A DNA stretch of 63,755 nt, filler included, from an uncultured bacterium (GTDB lineage: Bacteria > Latescibacterota > UBA2968): NCBI GenBank assembly GCA_964471275.1. It is 2 parts of 2 records of this genome, joined end to end, with 100 filler letters (N's around TTAATTAATTAA, not from the genome) between each part and the next. Parts side by side here need not be neighbours in the genome. Positions count along the whole stretch, not along the records: positions 32,016 to 63,755 come from CAYYGZ010000022.1; 1 more part is not named here. One strand, written 5' to 3'. Of this stretch, positions 58,344 to 63,755 are shown in pieces. Positions within the stretch are counted from its first letter, which is position 1, and every line of letters begins with the position of its first letter. Below the pieces are notes generated by a model. The model was not told where the DNA came from, did not search any database, and saw nothing but the letters and a program-made list of their open reading frames with translations. Position numbers and translations under genes: made by a program.

Positions 58344-61187
58344 TCATCCCTGCTCTTGCCCAACCGCCCGGGGATAATGCACCTGTATCCTCTGCGCCGC
58401 TCGTTCAACCTCAGGATTCTCCAGCAGAAATTTTTGTGTCACCTCGCACGCCGATTCATCGATCTGATACTTGAGATACGCCCGTTCGGCAGCCGCGGCT
58501 TCTGCGAGTCTTCCCGTTGCACGCAGCCCCAGCATCCGGTGATAATGTGCGGCCCGGTCTTCCGGATCGATCGCCAACACGCGATCGAGTGCACTGAGTG
58601 CCTGCTCAAAATCTGCTTTCAGGTAGCGGACACGACCCAGGTTACGCCACGCAGATCGGTCTTCGGGAAAGGATTTCAACACGCGCTCATACGCACCTGC
58701 AGCTTCCTCGTAGCTACCCGCTCTCTGGTGCGCCGTTCCCCAGACCCAGGCCGTCTGTGGATCACCGGCGGCAAGGGACTCGCACTTCTCAAGAAACGCG
58801 TATGCAGACGGGATGTTCCCGTCTCGGACCGCGATCCGGGCCAAATTCCGGTAGCCATCGACGCGACCTGTATCCGCGCGCGTCACGGCATCGAATGCGA
58901 GGGAAGCATTTCGCGTATCTCCCTGCATCAGAAGGGCGATCCCGTAGTCGTTGAACCGCATCCAGTCTTCGGGTTCGGTCTGAACCTCAATCACATTTGT
59001 ATTTCGGCCGACGGACAGACGAACGGAGTCGGCCGCGATTTCCGTGATCGGCAGGATCGGCATGTCCGGGAAAGCCTTGAACCCCTCGGGGTTCGCCTGA
59101 TACGCAAACGTCGTGTAGGCACGGTCAAACTTTCGCCAGAGAAGCCGAGCCTTGACAGTCAGCTCGCCGCCCGGGACGCGTTCCGGAACACGGAACCGGA
59201 AGCGACCGATGTCCGCCGACCCCGGACCAATCTTCCGAGTGTAGACGGAGGTGTGGATATTGTGGCCGTCTCTCCGATGGATCCGTTCACCGTTCCTGTC
59301 GACCATCACGGCGTGGTAGAACCGTGCGTCGGAGTCGACAAAATGATCCTCATCCACAAGCCCGCTCGTGTAAAGTGCCTGTCCGCCCGTCTCGGAAACC
59401 GTAAACTCGAGCCATCCCTGATTCGAATCGTTTGTCCCGCCAGGGAACGTGTGCCCCACACCCCTATTCCGCACGACGACATCGAGCTGAATCGTCTCAC
59501 CACCACTCACCGTCGGCTCTATCCTGTCGATCGGTGCAGTCACGCGGTCGAAGGACGCGCCGCGACGCAGCGCGAGAATATCCACACTGAGCTTCTCCTT
59601 ACGCAGGAAGCGCTCGATTCGCCCGATCGTCTCCGTATCGCCGCGCACGTACGGCAGGGCCGTGTTCGCAGCCGTGAACCGGTGTGACTTGATCAGTCCC
59701 TGCTTCGCGGATACGTCACCCAAGGGAGCCGGCTCGAGCGGCATATGACAGTCCTGACAGATACGCTTCGTCTGCGGCAGGTAGAAGGTGCTGGATGCGT
59801 TTCGGGATACGCCGCTGTTGTGCCAGGCATCGTAATCGTCCTGACCGCGAAGCCATCGGTACCCGTTTACCGGCTCATCCAGGCTGACCTTATGGCAGCT
59901 CCCGCAGAACTCCGGCTCGCGAAAGAACGGCTTCTGCATCTGCTGTTTGTGCACGAGCGGTCTCGACTTCAACGCCGTGTCGTGCATTACCAGTCCAAGC
60001 CCCCCCTTGGCATTCGGAAACACGTAAGGGTCTTCTCGCTCGTCGGCGATGTTGTAGTTCGCATTACCCGTGCGATCGTGAATCGCGTCAATCGCGTGGC
60101 AGGCCAGACACGTCAGACCCGCCTGCGCTTGCGGGGTCCGTCTGTCGACCGGCTTTCCCATCTCCCCGGCGAGCATCAGCGACGGATCGTGACAGCCGCT
60201 GCACCACTTCGATTTCTCCAACCCATTGTCGGCCGTCTCACGCAACAGATTGACAGTCGCTTCGTAGAACGGATTGTTGAACGACGCGAACCGATGTGCC
60301 GAAACGGACCACTGCTCTGTTGCATCCGGATGGCACCGGTCGCAGGTATCGGCACCAATCTGCGTGGTGGACACAAAACCCAATGTGTCGAGATCTGCCT
60401 CCAGCGCCTCACGATTGCCGATATCGCCGCGCGTAATGATTCGGGATGGCAGATGACCGCCTGTCGTTGTCGTAACGGCGGCCGGGAAAAAGGGGCTGTC
60501 ATCGGGAACAAATGCTGCCGGGAGAAAGCCGACATCATCGGTGTAGGCGGATCGATCCCGGGCCCTGGACCCTGGACCCGTGTGCGATCCCCGAGCCAGG
60601 GCTTCAGCTGCCTCAACCGTAAGGTCGGTCTCCCCATCGGTGATCCAGTGACCGAACAGGAAGAGGGCGACACCAGCTCCAATCAACCTGATCACGTGTC
60701 GCTGAACGGTGGATTCGGGTCTCCAGATCGAGAAACGACGATGCAGGGCATACAGCAGCGGAACCAGAACGGCCGTGATGACGTGGAGCCAATATGCCTG
60801 GCGATTCCCGAGACTGTTCGCCTCCGACAGGATCAAAAAGCCCGTAACCGAAAGGACAAGACCCAGCGCCAGCACGAGGATACCGGTCACGAGTGCCCGC
60901 CGGTTGCGTCTCCGGACCCAGACGCTCGTCAGATGCCACAGCGCGAACACCGTCGCCATGGCTGCGAGCACAAGCCCCACACCCGTGTGCGACAGGATCT
61001 GAAACTGGAACCACTTCGGAAGCGACGACGCTTCAGCCGACACCGTTCGCCAGCCAAACGAATCGATCGCGCGATTCACAAGGAGATAAAGCGTGTTTGC
61101 GATCATGAAGACATTCAGCCCAATGATCGCACGCAGCCCCCATCTCTGGGACGTTGTCAGCCGACTTCTATCATTCGAATCATTCAT
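58344..61187 (-). CDS. Membrane cytochrome b-like domain + pentaheme cytochrome c + TPR protein
   Basis: About 5 N-terminal TMs with His (SHTG, LWHL, WLHV, ALHR); CDRCH, CSGCH, CLACH, CGSCH, CQDCH; GHTFPGGTND; C-terminal TPRs. Confidence 0.88.
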   Translation of the reverse strand: MNDSNDRSRLTTSQRWGLRAIIGLNVFMIANTLYLLVNRAIDSFGWRTVSAEASSLPKWFQFQILSHTGVGLVLAAMATVFALWHLTSVWVRRRNRRALVTGILVLALGLVLSVTGFLILSEANSLGNRQAYWLHVITAVLVPLLYALHRRFSIWRPESTVQRHVIRLIGAGVALFLFGHWITDGETDLTVEAAEALARGSHTGPGSRARDRSAYTDDVGFLPAAFVPDDSPFFPAAVTTTTGGHLPSRIITRGDIGNREALEADLDTLGFVSTTQIGADTCDRCHPDATEQWSVSAHRFASFNNPFYEATVNLLRETADNGLEKSKWCSGCHDPSLMLAGEMGKPVDRRTPQAQAGLTCLACHAIDAIHDRTGNANYNIADEREDPYVFPNAKGGLGLVMHDTALKSRPLVHKQQMQKPFFREPEFCGSCHKVSLDEPVNGYRWLRGQDDYDAWHNSGVSRNASSTFYLPQTKRICQDCHMPLEPAPLGDVSAKQGLIKSHRFTAANTALPYVRGDTETIGRIERFLRKEKLSVDILALRRGASFDRVTAPIDRIEPTVSGGETIQLDVVVRNRGVGHTFPGGTNDSNQGWLEFTVSETGGQALYTSGLVDEDHFVDSDARFYHAVMVDRNGERIHRRDGHNIHTSVYTRKIGPGSADIGRFRFRVPERVPGGELTVKARLLWRKFDRAYTTFAYQANPEGFKAFPDMPILPITEIAADSVRLSVGRNTNVIEVQTEPEDWMRFNDYGIALLMQGDTRNASLAFDAVTRADTGRVDGYRNLARIAVRDGNIPSAYAFLEKCESLAAGDPQTAWVWGTAHQRAGSYEEAAGAYERVLKSFPEDRSAWRNLGRVRYLKADFEQALSALDRVLAIDPEDRAAHYHRMLGLRATGRLAEAAAAERAYLKYQIDESACEVTQKFLLENPEVERAAQRIQVHYPRAVGQEQG

Positions 61188-61204
61188 TGGCCGAGAAAGA
61201 TACC

Positions 61205-61233
61205 AAAAAACCCGATCTCAAAAAGAGATCGGG
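61205..61233 (-). terminator. Rho-independent terminator after the amidohydrolase
   Basis: CCCGATCTC-TTTTT-GAGATCGGG-TTTTTT on the minus strand. Confidence 0.8.
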
Positions 61234-61256
61234 ACGCCCGCTCCCACTTTCCATTC

Positions 61257-62480
61257 TCACGTGTCATTTGTCACTTGCACTTCTTCTCCCTCCATCACCA
61301 CTCCCCTCACCTCTCGCAGTGCCTCGATTTTTTTCAGGGGATTTCCCTCGATCGCGATCAGGTCGGCCAACTTTCCCGGCTTCACATCACCCAACCTGTC
61401 ATCCAAACCCAGCATCTCCGCCCCGTTCACCGTCACCGCCTTCAGCGCCTCCACCTCTGACAAGCCCATCCCCACAAAACACTTCGCATCTCGCCACAGT
61501 GTCGCGTGCGTGCTGTCGGTCGCCAGGCAGACCTTGATGCCTGCCTTGACCGCTTCCGGAATCCATCTTCCTGTCAGCTCGCGGGCGATCTCCACGCGGT
61601 CCCGCCACCAGTCCCACGCCCACGACTCAAACGACTCGAAACCGGTCTCCGAATCAAAGAACAGCTGCAGGTTCGGATCGCTCAGATAGGCGCCGCTCTT
61701 CACGAACAGTTCGACATCCGATTCCGTCAGCAGATTCGCGTGCTCGATCGAATCGATTCCGGCCTCCATCGCCCACCGCATCGCCTCCCCACCGATTGCG
61801 TGCGCGCACACGGGAACCCCTCGATCGTGAGAAAAGGCGATCGCGGTCTCGATCTCCTGTCGCGTATACGCCGGCACATCCGTCAGGTCGCCTCGCAGGT
61901 AGTCCTCGAATGAATCCCCGTCTCGGACATTCGTGACGAACAGTTTCGTCCAGTCCGCACCCTCATCGATATTCTCGCCGATCTTCCGCTTCAACTCCTC
62001 CGGCCCATCCGCTGCGAACGCGATAAACGGCGCCGTACCGTGGCTCGGACGGAGCGCCCTCACACACGCCTGAATCCGTGGCGCCATCAACTCCCCTCTC
62101 GAGACCGCCTCCCTGAACTGCGTCTCGATCCCCTCTCGATCCCCTACCGCCCGCATCGTCGTCACACCGGTCCGCAGATCCTGCTGCAGGTTGTCGACTC
62201 CCCGAAGCACTGCCGTCGTGTAGTCAAGATCGAAGTGTTCATTCAGCGGGATTCCGTAGGCATTGTTGATCGTGATGTGCGTGTGCGGATCCACCATCGC
62301 CGCCATCACCGTCCACCCAGACCAATCGATCACGTGCGCACCGAGCGGAATCGAACTCTCCTCTACCGACCCAACCTCACCAATTCGATCCCCGACAATC
62401 GCCACAACGGCATCTTTGATGCCGGGTTGATCTGGATGTGTAATCAGCAAGCCCGCTTTGACATATCGCAATGACATCAA
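61257..62480 (-). CDS. Metal-dependent amidohydrolase (prolidase/Xaa-Pro dipeptidase-like)
   Basis: DPHTH, GVTTMR, WTKL, AHA, SIEH, ATD, GKLADLI. Confidence 0.9.
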   Translation of the reverse strand: MMSLRYVKAGLLITHPDQPGIKDAVVAIVGDRIGEVGSVEESSIPLGAHVIDWSGWTVMAAMVDPHTHITINNAYGIPLNEHFDLDYTTAVLRGVDNLQQDLRTGVTTMRAVGDREGIETQFREAVSRGELMAPRIQACVRALRPSHGTAPFIAFAADGPEELKRKIGENIDEGADWTKLFVTNVRDGDSFEDYLRGDLTDVPAYTRQEIETAIAFSHDRGVPVCAHAIGGEAMRWAMEAGIDSIEHANLLTESDVELFVKSGAYLSDPNLQLFFDSETGFESFESWAWDWWRDRVEIARELTGRWIPEAVKAGIKVCLATDSTHATLWRDAKCFVGMGLSEVEALKAVTVNGAEMLGLDDRLGDVKPGKLADLIAIEGNPLKKIEALREVRGVVMEGEEVQVTNDT

Positions 62481-62499
62481 TCCTCGCTACCACCTTGTG

Positions 62500-63549
62500 T
62501 CAACCGTTGCGCGATCCCCCGCTCTGTACGCTTCCCACCCCCATCAGAGTTTCTGCCTGCGCAAAAAGATTCGGCCCGCCTCCGGAGTGCAGAAACACCA
62601 CCGACTCGTTCGCCTTCACAGTTCCTTTCATAATCTGATCCATCAGCCCGGTCATACACTTCCCGGTATAGACCGGGTCCAGCACGATCGCCTCCTCGCG
62701 GGCGACCATCCGAATCGTCTCGATCACCTCGGACGTGCTCATCCCATATCCTGGCCCCACATATTGGTCCAGCACTCCGAAATCCGTACCCGTAATCCGG
62801 GTCGACAGCCCCAGCATCTCGGCCGCCGCGTTCGCGTATCCCTCAATCCGCTCCTTAAGGAAATTCGCCTCGGCACTGCTGCTCACGGCGACCACCCGCG
62901 TTCGCATCCCGAGATGCTTCAGTCCGAGAGCCAAACCCGCCGCCGTGATCCCCGAGCCCGCCGTCGCGTAGATCCACTCCGGCTCGACCTCTAGATCCCT
63001 GAACTGTCTCGCAAGCTCCTCTCCCCCAGACACATACGCGCACGTCGCAAGTGTCGAGGTCTCTCCCGTCAAATGAAGCACGTATGGCTTCCGACCCTCA
63101 CGGATCAGTTCAGCCTTGACTTCCTCCAACCACCTTGGCACCCGCTCATCATATGGATCCTGCGTCGGAATAAACCGCACCTCCGCCCCAAGCAGCCGAT
63201 CCAGCAGCAGGTTCCCTTGCCCCCGCTCCTCAACACTCCCACGCAGCAGAAGCACACAGTGCATCCCCAACTGGCTCGCCGCCGCTGCCGTCGCACGACA
63301 CATGTTCGACTGCACACCTGCCGTCGTGATCACCGCATCACACCCCCGCGACAGGATATCTCCAAAAATAAACTCGTGATTCCGAATCTTGTTCCCACCA
63401 AACGCCAACCCCGTCGCATCCTCCCGCTTCACCATCAACCGCACCCCCACCCGGCCCGACAGCCTTTTCATCTCCTGCAACGGCGTCGGCAACGACGCAC
63501 ACAGCGCCACCCTCGCCAACCCACCACATATCCCTTCTTCGTCGCCCAC
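62500..63549 (-). CDS. D-cysteine desulfhydrase/ACC deaminase family PLP enzyme
   Basis: PTPL, KREDATGLAFGGNKIR, QSNMCR, GSGITAAG, LDPVYTGK, HSGG. Confidence 0.9.
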   Translation of the reverse strand: MGDEEGICGGLARVALCASLPTPLQEMKRLSGRVGVRLMVKREDATGLAFGGNKIRNHEFIFGDILSRGCDAVITTAGVQSNMCRATAAAASQLGMHCVLLLRGSVEERGQGNLLLDRLLGAEVRFIPTQDPYDERVPRWLEEVKAELIREGRKPYVLHLTGETSTLATCAYVSGGEELARQFRDLEVEPEWIYATAGSGITAAGLALGLKHLGMRTRVVAVSSSAEANFLKERIEGYANAAAEMLGLSTRITGTDFGVLDQYVGPGYGMSTSEVIETIRMVAREEAIVLDPVYTGKCMTGLMDQIMKGTVKANESVVFLHSGGGPNLFAQAETLMGVGSVQSGGSRNG

Positions 63550-63586
63550 CTTGTCTCCCCCCCTTCAATGGCTAATGGCCAATCCC

Positions 63587-63755
63587 CGTAGTGATCCTCC
63601 CAAAGCGAGACGTTTTCAAGCTGCCATTAGAGTTGATTCATTCACTTCGTTTGGTGTTCGGTAGTCGAGCGACGGATGCAGCCGCTCCTGGTTATAGTAA
63701 CTGGCATAGTCTGCAATGGCGTCACGCGCCTCACTGAGGCTATCGTAGTCGCTAC
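63587..63755 (-). mobile_element. Right end of an IS3-family insertion sequence (transposase C-terminus 63616-63755 plus terminal IR)
   Basis: ...YDSLSEARDAIADYASYYNQERLHPSLDYRTPNEV...* integrase-core tail; IR-like CGTAGTGATCCTCCCAAAGCGAGAC at 63587-63611. Confidence 0.85.

Overview
Bacterial, GC-rich draft or metagenome-assembled sequence. Two contigs are joined by an artificial 100-nt linker (44 N + TTAATTAATTAA + 44 N, 31916-32015), and there are three further 10-N gaps. Gene content (many sulfatases, enolase-superfamily and PhyH-like enzymes, CRTAC1/ASPIC proteins, a DFDGSGSVDFxDF dockerin/EF-hand-like tail) suggests a Latescibacterota-like organism; this is inference only. Left contig (1-31915): an almost all minus-strand catabolic toolkit (3 sulfatases, 3 enolase-superfamily enzymes, 2 PhyH dioxygenases, BNR/beta-propeller proteins, UxuA, URO-D-like, nitrilase, creatininase) plus dcd and topoisomerase IV parE-parC. 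Right contig (32016-63755): an envelope redox/sulfur region. It holds three TPR-multiheme cytochrome c genes paired with CRTAC1/ASPIC-UnbV genes, a TPR-YcaO pair with no recognisable RiPP partners, a DsrM-DsrK-cysteine desulfurase-DsrC operon without dsrAB in view, and TlpA plus a DUF6029-like barrel. The main find is a secreted selenoprotein missed by the ORF track (42863-44146, minus): an in-frame TGA forms a UxxC thioredoxin-fold motif, followed by a SECIS-like hairpin, and the domain is fused to two Ig-like domains and a dockerin-like tail. Dispersed palindromic repeat families, a compound 7-mer/8-mer tandem repeat, three gene remnants and the end of an IS3-family element are also present. 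All family calls rest on motif recognition, not database searches.
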